Shown here piece after piece: positions 1 to 11,454 of a stretch of 64,000 bases of DNA. The first letter of the stretch is position 1; each line of letters opens with the position of its first letter. A model generated the notes under the pieces. It was given only the letters and a program-made list of their open reading frames with translations, did no database searches and was not told the DNA's origin. The position numbers and the translations under genes were made by a program. The stretch covers positions 24,971,174-25,035,173 of the forward strand of contig JARFYF010000012.1 in the NCBI GenBank assembly GCA_030265395.1, written 5' to 3'. The DNA is from Rhina ancylostomus. Its lineage: Eukaryota.

Positions 1-1499
1 AGCCAAATTACAAGGTATTTATACCCAGTGTATGTATGCTCATGTCAACAATAAACTTGAACTTGAATGTGCCACCTCCATCTTGAGTCATGGAGCATCT
101 CAAGTCCATTCATTGGGAGCGCACTGAAGTCCAGAGTGGATGGTGCAAGGAGAATGCTACCTCCCGTGCAACCCAGTCACACTGCCAAGAATTCCTGCCC
201 CACCTATGTCAGACTCTGTGGGTTCATTAGCCACCCTAGCACCTACAGAGTTGGAGTGAAAGCAAGCCATCCTCAGACCCAAGGGTCTGCCTAAGAAGAT
301 TTCCAATTTATTCTTTCCAGGTGCAGTACAACAACAAGGTTGAATTTATATTGCACCAGCAATACCATAAAACATCTTAAAAGCCAAGCTTGCTGAAAGT
401 TTGATTGCCAATAACAGTGCAATTAAAATAGATGATCAAAAGCCCAGAACTGGAGGACTGCAGATACTTTGGAGAGTTATTTGTGTGTGGCTGGAACTAG
501 GGCCAAGGAATGGGGCTACATGTGTGACCAGAACTGGATCCCGCGAATGTGGGCAGATATGCTGCTACAACTGGGAGAAAGGAACAGGGACAGCTGTGTG
601 GCTGGCACTGGTATCCGGGAACATATATGGAAACTTAGAGAATTAAGACAAGCTGGAGACAGGGCACCCATCTGCAGGGATGGAAAGAATCTTCTGGTTT
701 TTTTGAGGAGAAGGGTGATGACTGCAGATTTGTAGAAAAGCCAGACAGTTACTGAAGAAGGGCCCAGGAACAAAAGCTTAGTGGTCAGCAATTTATTGAA
801 AATAGTGTAAAAGGAACAAGAGACATCATGGACAAATTAAGTTCAGTGTGGCCATGAGGGGGGAAGAAGAATCAGAGCGAGTCACAACTTAGCGGCTAGG
901 GTTCCAGAAATCCTTCAAAGTTTGGCGCAGTGAGGCAGGATAAGGGAGAGAAGCAGTGAGAGCAGTTGGTCACATCTTAATGACAAAGAAATTCACAAGA
1001 CAAGCACTACAGGTTTCTGAGAAGAATTCACAGTATAACGGAAAAACTGAGGGTTAAAAGGCTTGGCAAAGAATGCCACAACCAATTGCCTACTAGATCT
1101 CTTTAATTTAAAGTTTCTTATGGGATAGGAGAAGAGAGGTGTAGCAACTTAAGTGGAGTGTTTATGTACATAAAAAGAAAGTATAAAGCACTGCACAAGT
1201 TGTTACACCTCTCATTTGAGTGCTGGTAGATAACATATATATCATCAACCAGCACCCAAACCACTTACATATTTTATTGTTGCCAATTTCCTACTCAGAT
1301 TCAATTTCTCTTCCTGGTTTGGCATCATCTGTGAATTTAAACTTATTTGCTCATGAATCTAGGTAATTATTGTCTAGTAGAAGCAGCAGAGGTCTCACCT
1401 CTAATTACTGAGACACCTCCTCAGCACTCCTTTAAAAACAACATGCTATTGCTTACCTTTCAGCAATTTCTTGTTCATTTTCAAATTGTGCATTGAGTG

Positions 1500-2070
1500 A
1501 CACTGAATGAGGAGAGATAGCAAGCACTGCATATGGAAGCAGGGAGTTAAAATGGGACTTGGACTGATTTGTAAGAAAATTGATGGTGGATGGACCAGAA
1601 TATGGGCAAGGGAATAATTATCCACTTTGGATCCAAGGAATAAAGCAGAGCTTTTTTCTCAGTGATGAGGAATGCAGAGGAATAACAAGATAATGCAAAA
1701 CAATGCACAAAAATCATTTAAAACCAGTGAACAAGTGCAAAGGTTCATCAAAATGTCGGCCTTTATTTCAGGAGGTGTGTTACAAAGGGAAGGAAGTTAA
1801 GCTTCAGTTGCACAGTGCCTTTGTTAGACTCTATCTGGAGCCTATGTTCAGTTATGATCACCAGACTTCAGAGAGGTTATTATGGTCTTGATGGGAGTGC
1901 AGCTCAGATTCAACACAATAGTGGAGAACAGAGGGTTAAGTTACAAAGACAGGCTCTATTAGCAAATGAATCTGGGGCAATGTGGTGTTGAGATAGACAT
2001 CAGCTGTGATCTAATTGAATGACAATGCAGATTTGAGAGCTGAATGGCCTATTCTATTCCTATGTTCTTT
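1500..2070 (+). mobile_element. Old CR1 LINE 3' fragment
   Basis: ORF 1703..1891 YKGKEVKLQLHSAFVRLYLE resembles the CR1 ORF2 C-terminus; ends in tgaatggcctattctattcctatgttctt. Confidence 0.75.
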
Positions 2071-2629
2071 CAAACCATGACAATTTAAAATTTTAAGTAA
2101 TGTGCTATGGTACCGATTCCATTCATCACAGAATCTGACCTGCTTTACCTGTAAGGCCAAAGTCAACGATACTGAGGCAAGTATAGCTACATAGGTGTTA
2201 ACACAAGATAGTGTTCCCTCTAACTCTTTTAGCTAACTAGAAAGCACAGAACTTCATGAGACATAAATGGTTATTAAAGTAGAATGATCTTAGCCAAGTT
2301 ATTCCAATGAATGTCTGTCGAGTAGGTAATGACATCTGCATTTACTCCATTTATTGAATGATGGTTATTTATATATTAAATTCTATTTCATTAATTTGCA
2401 TCAGTCTGTTCAAAGAATACCTTTGTTAGTGTCCTAAACAATGATTTTCACTGTTAATACATCAGCTTGAATTCTTACTTATGGTGTAGTAAGAAGACAA
2501 GAATAGGCGATTAGGACCTCACAATCCTCTTCCATTGTTCTGGCAAATCATGGTTGCTATATAGCTCAGCCTCATTTATCCACATTTGCTCTATATCACT
2601 GAATAGCCCTGGCTGATAAAAATCTAGCA

Positions 2630-2730
2630 GATTGTGGGTTCAAAACTGACTCCAAGGACTGGACACATATTCCAGCCTGAGAGGTAACTGTTGAATTGAG
2701 GAATGCTGCATAGTTTGAGAAACAGGATAC
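2630..2730 (+). mobile_element. Deu-domain SINE 5' fragment
   Basis: gtgggttcaaaactgactccaaggactggacacatattccagcctga resembles the SINE heads at 6925, 39120 and 43325. Confidence 0.5.
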
Positions 2731-3039
2731 TAAATTCAATAACCCCTGAAAATGGGCATGGGAGTCAGGTTGCATAATTAATCCACACACATTTGGCGTA
2801 ATGGACCCAGCCTGCCAACTTCTTGCTGTCTGCTAATTTGTGTTCGTAGTATTCAGCCAGCTGGCACCACACATCAGCAGGGGGCCAATATGAATGGTTA
2901 ACACCAGTTAAAGCCGGGCCTGTAGGTTTTAAAATTAGCTTGAACCTCTTAAAGGGGAGGTGCACTGTGGCTAGAACAGGTGCTAGCAGCCGTTCTACGA
3001 CTGAAACTGACTTGGAAGACTTAAAGGAAAAACAATAGA

Positions 3040-3240
3040 GGAGACTACAGCTCTACGCTTTTCAGGTGCTACATTATTGGGATGATGAAGTAGCTGAAAA
3101 GTAGGAGAAATGTCCTGTATCTGCAAGAAAGCCTCCAGCCTCTTGCTGTGAAGGCAAAGGGAACAGACACCCCACGAAGTGAATGCCAGGAGTCAAGCCC
3201 CAAGGACCTAGACATAATGTCATAAATTTCATGGGGTCAA
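3040..3240 (+). mobile_element. Decayed PIF/Harbinger-type Myb/SANT-like coding fragment
   Basis: Broken frames read ALRFSGATL, SRRNVLY and EVNARSQAPRT*T*CHKF; the two stops are one substitution from W and Q of the RTWxQCxKKF motif. Confidence 0.5.
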
Positions 3241-4769
3241 TGTCAGTGAATGCATTTTAAAACCTCATCTTGCACTCAGGCACTGCTCAATTCACTGTCT
3301 TCCTGCCATTCACCTAGTCACAGTCCCTATCAGTCAGGACATACCAAACACATGTACGTCTCACTGTGCCCACCCACTCTTAGTATTGCTGCAAATCTCA
3401 TGCCGAGATCCCACAGCTTGCACGTACTGCCAACTGTTCAACCTACACAGACACTGCAGAGTTACATGGCAAAAGGGTGTGATAATGTGATACAAAGAAA
3501 CAAAAGAGATCGGCTGAGAGGAAGTATAAATTAGAATAGTGGAATCAACATCTGCGATTATTGAAATCATTAGTGTGGAAGGCTATTGGGCTAGTTAAAT
3601 TTCTGTGCAACCGTGTCCTAAGCTGTTGTAGTGAAACACAATGTGACCATCGTTGCCATCCAACCTTTCAGGGGCTTTACCTTTAGGTTTTTTCCCTTTT
3701 CTCATTCCTCACATCTTAACATTTCTCCAGTGTTTTCAGTTCTAGTAAAAAGGTCACTGATATGGATTTAAATGGCTGAAATGTCCTTACCTCTGGCTGG
3801 CCCTTCCAGACATAACCACCAGTGATGTTGGCCTTGGTTCTGGCATCTGCAGCTGTACACATGAAAGCAGGAGTCAGCAACAAGTCTATGTTGGATGCTG
3901 ACACATCCCTCCTTCCACCCTGCCACTGATGAAGCACAAATATACTGGACTGACCGCAGGACACACTGCTCTTAAGTAGCACAACCTCATTCCATTGAAT
4001 CGAGATGCAGGTTAAAAATATGCAGCTATGTGGTTTGTAGTTTAAGGTGTTCATTTTTTTTCAAGTAACCTTTTTAAATGTATGTTTATATGTATATTTG
4101 AAGTGTTTTTTTTAATGTCTCTGATTTTCTAAAACATTTAAAAATACTGCAGAGGCCTTTAAAAGCAGCAAGTATCAAAAGGCCCCTGATGTTTTGGAGG
4201 CAAAGCATCAGGACCCAGCAGCTGAGGCCTGGTCACAGCCTGCAATCTGNNNNNNNNNNNNNNNNNNNNNNNNNNNNNNNNNNNNNNNNNNNNNNNNNNN
4301 NNNNNNNNNNNNNNNNNNNNNNNNNNNNNNNNNNNNNNNNNNNNNNNNNTGCAATCTGCTCCACTTCACAGGATGATTGCAGCAACAAGGCCCTGGGGTC
4401 ACTTGGTACTTCAGATCCGCAAAAAGGTCAGTGCAGCTGTAGGAAAAGCACAGGAGCTGAAGGGGTGGAAGCCTTGAAATTCATTCCTGGCTGGAGGCAC
4501 TAAAAATTCCATGGAATGAATTTTGAAGGAAGAGTATAACATACTGATGTAACAATGTAGTGCTTTTAATGATACTGACTGAAAATGAGTTTTGAGATAC
4601 CTCTATCTGTCATTGGTGAACAGAATCAGGCATTATTTATCTCAGAACCAATACTGGGAAATGAAATTCCAATAATTCCTTCATCTGGAATTAATTGTTA
4701 CCTCTCCAACTCTATTAACCTTCAGACACCAGACGTCAGGGTTCAACAAATGGCTCTGGTATCCTCCAA

Positions 4770-4920
4770 AGACAATATACTGTGGGTGCTGGAAATCTTA
4801 AATAAAAACAGAAAATAATCAGAAATTTGCAGCTGGTCAGGGAGCATCTTTGGAGAGAGAAGAACAGTTAATGTTTCAGGTTGATGACCTTTCATTCTGT
4901 TTAAATTTTCTGTTTTGATT
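4770..4920. mobile_element. Penelope-type terminal repeat fragment
   Basis: gtgctggaaatcttaaataaaaacagaaaa...ggtcagggagcatctttggagagagaagaacagttaatgtttcagg; related to 39180-39420. Family assignment from recalled elasmobranch repeats. Confidence 0.55.
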
Positions 4921-5954
4921 TGGCTGTGGCATCTTGCCTTGAAACATGATATATGCCAAGGATTACAATGGAAACCATAACTCTCTCATTTCAGTATCAT
5001 TTCCATGCACCTCCACACATTCATTTTATGGCTTGGCATCCATCCGCCAAGAAAAGGAAGAGAGCTGGTCAATGACGCACTGGACCACATCCACCTGCCC
5101 ATTTCAAATTTACTGAAGAAAACCTAAGACCACAATGTTACAACAGTGCAATTGTTAAGAGTGAAATAAAACACGCAATATTCCAGAAGGTTTAACTTGA
5201 AAAAACCATCCCATTGGAAAAGATTGCCCAGAAAGTCATTGACAAGCCATTCATTTTGCAGAAACTCCAACTCAAGTAGGCAATCGGAAAAATGTATTCC
5301 TTACTTTTTCTTGTGGGGCTGCCAAAGGATCAGACCAGTAATGGAATCATTTCTACATTAGTTAAAACTGGATATGTACATTCAAATTATGAAGTCTATA
5401 AAACTCAATGTGCCTATAAGTAAACATGATAAGGTCTTGTAAATCTCCTTACAATACCATGGTTATTTGTTTAATTTTATGTAGAGCTTCTATGATAGAA
5501 ATAGCCAGAATTGATTGGAATTCAAGGTTTTTAATGTAAAAGTGCATCTTCTGTTTTCGAGAGTGTGTCAGTCATATCCTCCACTGAAGCAAAGGAGACT
5601 TATCACTTTTCTGAATGTGGAAACACCACAGACTTAATTGCTGAAGCACCTTAATAGGGAAGAGGATTGTTTGTATGAACCTACAAGTACCTTCACTGCC
5701 AGGTAGTAAGAAAATGACCACAGGTTCTTTTCACGGTTCTGCATTGCAAGTGAAAACGTTGAGGTAACTTCTCTTTGCTTCTATGGCATTTTAGAGATTA
5801 GCATGCTGTATTAGCCAATGAAAACTGTATAACACATTGGGGGGCTCTGGACTATCTAAAGTTACAAGAATGACACCATTACACATCAAAAATATCCAGT
5901 AAAAATTTCCAGTATTTGAGGAAATGAGTAACTTCACTTGTCAGGATTCATTAC

Positions 5955-6069
5955 TTTAACAAAAAGAGATCTGAGGGGCAAGTTTTTCCACACAGAGGGT
6001 GGTGGTTATTATAGAATGAGCTGCCAGAGGAAAGGGTAGAGGCAGATACAATTTCAATGTTTAAAAGGA
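5955..6069 (+). mobile_element. CR1 LINE 3' fragment running into an N gap
   Basis: gagatctgaggggcaagtttttccacacagagggtggtgg...gaatgagctgccagagg, homologous to 9055-9170. Confidence 0.8.
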
Positions 6070-6924
6070 NNNNNNNNNNNNNNNNNNNNNNNNNNNNNNN
6101 NNNNNNNNNNNNNNNNNNNNNNNNNNNNNNNNNNNNNNNNNNNNNNNNNNNNNNNNNNNNNNNNNNNNNNNNNNNNNNNNNNNNNNNNNNNNNNNNNNNN
6201 NNNNNNNNNNNNNNNNNNNNNNNNNNNNNNNNNNNNNNNNNNNNNNNNNNNNNNNNNNNNNNNNNNNNNNNNNNNNNNNNNNNNNNNNNNNNNNNNGGGT
6301 TAGTTATATCAAGTCTTGTGCTCCTAAAATATCCAGTGTGAAAAGAAATCCATGAAACTGGCTTTATCAAGACCTCATTAAGAGCAGTGTAACATCAAAC
6401 TATTTAGAACAGACTTGCTATGATAGAGCAATGTATGCACTCAGCTAATTGCTCTAATCAGTTGTGATAGCAGACCAAATTGACCAAAACCACAAATATG
6501 TGATTGATGCAGCAGATGCAGAAATACTCCTTTTGTTGAAAACTGTCTACTTACGTGTTAAATAACAACTTCATTTTGACAACATACTGGGATATTAACA
6601 TTGTATTGATTAATTGTGGAACATAAATGTAGTAATAGCAAGAAGTATTTGTATAGCATTTAAAAGACTGCCAAATCAATTCTGTAGCTCTCTATGCAGA
6701 ACAAAGTTCTACAAATAAGGGGATAAATTGCCATTTCAATCTGCCTTATTTTGATATTGCAGGTTGAAAAGTAAATATTGGTCTGCATACAACATGAAGT
6801 CACTCTTGATTTATAAATGGGTCTGTGATGTCTTTTAAATCCCACTGAAAAGGCACAGTGGGACCTCCCTATATAATTCCACCCAAAGGACAATATGAGC
6901 AATACATTACTACTTCTGTAATAC

Positions 6925-7025
6925 ACTGAAGGGTCAGTCTGGATTATGTACTCAAATCTTAAAGTGGGCTTGAACCCATGACCATTTGACTCAGAGGTAA
7001 GAGTGCTAGCAACTGAATCCTGACA
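6925..7025 (-). mobile_element. Deu-domain SINE tRNA-like head
   Basis: Reverse complement reads cagttgctagcactcttacctctgagtca...catgggttcaagcccacttt (A/B-box-like). Confidence 0.65.
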
Positions 7026-7689
7026 CTACTTAAGTTACTACTTAAGGTACTACAGTGGAACTGCTGCTGATGCTAAACTGAAGGTTTAAAGGATTTAGAT
7101 ACATACAAGATGAAAGACTTACCAATTGTTATTTACTTCAGATAGGCTTCCAGGCAGCATAGAACATGAATTGATTGGTATGCCTCATTCATTTGTTAGA
7201 TTATAGATCTTCAATGCTCTGTCTTGGGCATGGTATAACCCATTTCGGTCATCTGATAGCGTGGAAGTATTTTTCAATCCATGGCTCATCAGCCAAACAA
7301 TGAGGTGTCATGAATCCTTAAGAGATATATTGTACATACCCACAAGCCTGGAGATGAGAATGTCAATAATCTGCAATGTTTAGCAGCATAAAAATCATTT
7401 GCTCCATTTAGTTCATAGTCTGACTATGGTTCCTTGAAAATTAAATTGCACGTTTGTTCTATATTGTATATGTCTTTTGTTCAAGCATATGGCAAATGGA
7501 AGTTAATTACAGGATAATATCTCAATGTATGGATGTTCAGTGACTTTAGAAAATCACATAACTGTAACTACTTTTGACAAATCCAATAACAAAACCTACT
7601 CATTCTGGTACTTGGCAACAGTAAATTAATATACATAATCAGAGGTAAATACATTTCTCAAAGAGGAGAGGATAAAAAAAGCTTGCAGT

Positions 7690-7975
7690 CATACAGCTTC
7701 TTTGGTAACCTTAGGACATTTAAAAGTTACTTACAACCAACAGGGTTCTTGCAAAGTATAGTCACCACTCTAATCCAGGCAACTCAGCAATCAATTTGCA
7801 GACCACAAGCTCCGACAAACAGCAATATGATAATGACTTTAATTGTCTGGTTTTGGGTTATTGACTTGGAGTTGTCAGAATGTTGGGAATAACTCTACTG
7901 TTCTTCTTTGAAGTAGTGATATGGGATCTTTTTTTAGCCAGCTGGTCTTTTTTTAATGTCTCAACTGAAAGATGA
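7690..7975 (-). mobile_element. Deu-domain SINE body and tail
   Basis: Reverse complement has aaaagatcccatatcactacttcaaagaagaacag and cattatcatattgctgtttgtcggagcttgtg, matching 43325-43720. Confidence 0.7.
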
Positions 7976-8640
7976 GCTAATCTGGTAAATTGCACAAATT
8001 ATGCATACTAATGGCTCTCAATTACTTATTGGTGCTGGTAAAGGATACAAAATGGGTCAGGAAAGCAAATCCAGTTTTCTGAACTAGAAAACTGTTTTTA
8101 ATCAGTAAATTCATCTATTAAATTCAAGAAATGCATTTTAGCACATCTTACTGGACCAGATGTTATAGGCCAGTGAGCCTTACATCAGTGGTAGGGGAAT
8201 TATTGGAGAAGATACTTAGGGACAGATTTACTTGCATTTGGAAAAGCATGGACTTATTAGGGGTAGCCAGCATAGCCTTGTGCAAGAGAGGTACTGTCTC
8301 ACAAATTTGATTGAGTTTTTTGATGAGGTGATGAAGATGATTGGGCAGGGTGGTGGATGTTGTCTGTACAGACTTTAGTAAAGCATTTGGCGAGGTTCCT
8401 CATGTAGGCTGGTCCAGAAGATTAAGTCACTTGGGATCCACTGTGAGTTGGTAAATTGGATCCAAAATTGGTTTGGTTGCAGAAGAGAGAGGATAGTGGT
8501 GGCAGGTTATTTCTCTGGTTGGAGGTTTGTGACCAATGGTGTTCTTCAAGAATCAGTTTTGGGACCTCTGTTGTTTGTAATGTATACTAATGACTTGGAT
8601 GAAAATGTAGGTGGTCTGATTAATAAGACTGCATATGATG

Positions 8641-9299
8641 CTGCATAAGTGGATAGGGCGGTTAAGAAAGCGTATGTGTGCTGGCCTTCATTAGTTGGGG
8701 GATTGCGTTCAAGAGCCAAGAGGTAATGTTGCAGCTCTATAAAACTCTGGTTTGAACACACTTCAAATATTGTGTCCAGTTCTGGTCGCCACATTATAGG
8801 AAGGATGTACAAGCTTTGGCGAGGGTGCAGAAAAGATGTACAAGGATGCTGCCTGGATTGGAAAACATGTCTTATGAGGAGAGGTTGAGCAAGTCAGGGC
8901 TTTTCTCTTTGGAGCAACGGAGGATGAAAGATGATTTGATAGAGATATATAAGATTATGAGAGGCATAAACAGAGTGGACAGCAAACATCTTTTCCCCGG
9001 GGTGGCAATGGCCAATACTAGAGGTCACCCGTTTAAGGTGCATAGAGGAAAGTTCAGGTGAGATGACAAAGGTAGTTTTGTTACACAGAGAGTGGTGGGT
9101 GCCTGGAATGCACTGTTGGGGGTGGTGGTAGGGCTGATACCATAGGGTCAGTTAAGAGACTATTAGATAGGCACATGGACAAAAGAAAAATAGAGGGTTA
9201 TGGGAGGAGGAGGATAGATTGAATGTGGATAAGGATTATACAGGTTGGCACAACATCATGGGCCAAAGGCCCCATACTGTGCTGTACTGTTCTATATTC
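8641..9299 (+). mobile_element. 5'-truncated CR1 nested in the older CR1
   Basis: ORF 8816..9061 RVQKRCTRMLPGLENMSYEERL..NTRGH; own tail ctgtgctgtactgttctatattct; flanked by tatgatg direct repeats. Confidence 0.9.
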
Positions 9300-10090
9300 T
9301 ATGATGTGAAAATTGGTGGAGTTGTGGATAGAGGGGAAGATTGTGAAAGGAAATAGCAGGACATAGAATGACTGGAAACTTGGACAAGGAAACAGCAGAT
9401 GAAATTTAATCCAGTCAAGTGTGAGGTATTGCATTTTGAGAGATCAAATGCAAGAGGAAATTGTACAGTAAGTGACAGGACCTTTAGGAACATTGATGTG
9501 CAGGGGAATCTTGTGCTGCAAGTCCATTGTTCCCTGAAAGTAGTAACACAAGTGGATAGGGTGGTAAACAAGGTATATGGCATGCTTATGTTCATCGGCC
9601 AGGGCATTGAGTATAAAAGCTGGGAAGTCATGTTGCAGGTGTATATTACTTTGTTGAGGCCACATTTGGCATATTGTGTGCTGTTCAATTTGCCACACTA
9701 TAAGAAGGATGTGGAGGCTTTGGAGAGGATTGAGAAGTTCACCAGGACATTGCCTGGATTGGAGGGTATTAGCTATGAGAGGCTGGGCAAACTTGGATTA
9801 TTTCCTCTGCAGCATTGTAGGTTGAGGTATGACCTAACAGAAGTATATAGAATAATGAGANNNNNNNNNNNNNNNNNNNNNNNNNNNNNNNNNNNNNNNN
9901 NNNNNNNNNNNNNNNNNNNNNNNNNNNNNNNNNNNNNNNNNNNNNNNNNNNNNNNNNNNNGACATGGAGAGGGGTAGATGGTCAATCTTTTTACCATGTG
10001 AAATTCTAGAGGGCATAACTTTAACTGAGAGGGAGAAAGATTAAAGGAAATGTATGAGGCAAGTTTTTTTTTACATAGGCAGTGATAGGT

Positions 10091-11454
10091 AGTTGGTTTA
10101 TTATTGCCATATGTACTAAGATGCATTGAAAAGCTTTTGTCTGCATGCCATCCAGACAGATCATTCCATACATAAGTACATCAGGCTAGTACAAAAGGAA
10201 AATGATAACAGAATGCAGAAAATAGTGTTACAGTTACAGAGAAAATGCAATGCAGATAGACAAATAAGATGCAAGGACCATGACAAGGAAGAATGAGAGA
10301 TCAAATTCATCTTTATCATAGAGGAGGTCCATTCAAGAATCTTATAACAGTGGGATAGAAGTGGTCCTTGAGCTTGGTGTTACATGTTCTCAAGCTTTTG
10401 TATCTTCTGCTTGATAGGGGGGAGTGGGGGGGGGGTGGGGGGAAGAGAAAATGACCAGGGTGGGAAGAGTCTTTAATTATGTTGGCTGCTTTCCCGAGGT
10501 AGTGGGAAGTGCAGACAGTTCATGGAGGGGAGGCTGGTCTTTGTGATAAACTGGGATGTATTCACAACATTGTGCAATTTCTTGTGGTCTTGGGCAAAGC
10601 AGTTGCCATACCAAGCAGTGATGCATCTGGATAGGATGCTTTCTATGGTGCATTTGTAAAATTTGGTGAGGGTCTTTGGGGACATGCCAAATTTGGTCTG
10701 CTTTCTTGTTCATAGCATCTACATGGCTGGACCAGGACAACTTGTTAGTGATGTTTACACCTAGGAACTTAAAGCTCTCAACCATTTCCACCTCAGCACA
10801 ATTGATACAGACAGGGGCATGTACTCCGCCCCACTTCCCAAAATCAATGACCTGCTCTTTTTTTTTGCTGACATTGAGGGAGAGGTTGTTGTCTTGATAC
10901 ATGCCACTAGGCTCTCTATCTCTTTCCTGTACTCCATCTCATCATTGTTTGAGATCCAGCCCACTGTGGTGGTGTCATCTGTGAACTTGTAAATGGAGTT
11001 AGAGCAGAATCTGGTCACACAGTTGTGAGTGTATAGGGAGTAAAGTAAGATNNNNNNNNNNNGCTTTGTGGGGCACCAATGTTGAAAATAATCATGTTGG
11101 AGGTGTTGCTGCCTATCCTCCCTGCTTGCAGTCTGTTGGTCAGGAAGTCAAGGATCCAGTTGCCGAGGTGGGTACTGAGTCCTAGGTCTAGGAGTTTGGA
11201 GATGAGTTTGTTTGCAATTATGGTATTGAAGCTGTAGTCAAATAGGAGTCTGACGTAGGTGCCTTTATTATCCAGATGTTCCAGACATGAATTAGGGCCA
11301 GGGAGATGGCATCTGTCATGGACCTGTTTCAGTGGTAGGAAAATTGCAATGGGTCGAGGCTGCGTAGGACGCTGCAGTTGGTGTGCACCATGACCAGCCT
11401 CTCAAAGCACTTCATGATGATGGATGTCAGAGCCACCAGGGAATAGTCATTAAG
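10091..11454 (-). mobile_element. Rex1/Babar-like non-LTR retrotransposon, 5'-truncated
   Basis: ORFs read IYKFTDDTTTVGWISNNDEMEYRKEIE, NNLSLNVSKKKEQVIDF, VESFKFLGVNITNKLSWSSH and FYKCTIESILSRCITAWYG; 3' UTR homologous to 24812-25043. Confidence 0.88.

Noticed and set aside
401-791. Overlapping ORFs with a repeated CVAGT peptide
   Set aside because: Comes from a short tgtgtggctgg(a/c)act repeat; no recognisable domain or exon structure; possibly decayed repeat.
4241-4358. tgcaatctg repeated on both sides of a gap
   Set aside because: The gap is exactly 100 N; likely overlapping contig ends, an assembly artefact.
6925-7025. tRNA-like A/B boxes
   Set aside because: No cloverleaf; it is a SINE head.
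9399-9977. 192-aa RT-like ORF as a functional gene
   Set aside because: Fragment of a truncated, interrupted CR1 with stops and frameshifts nearby.
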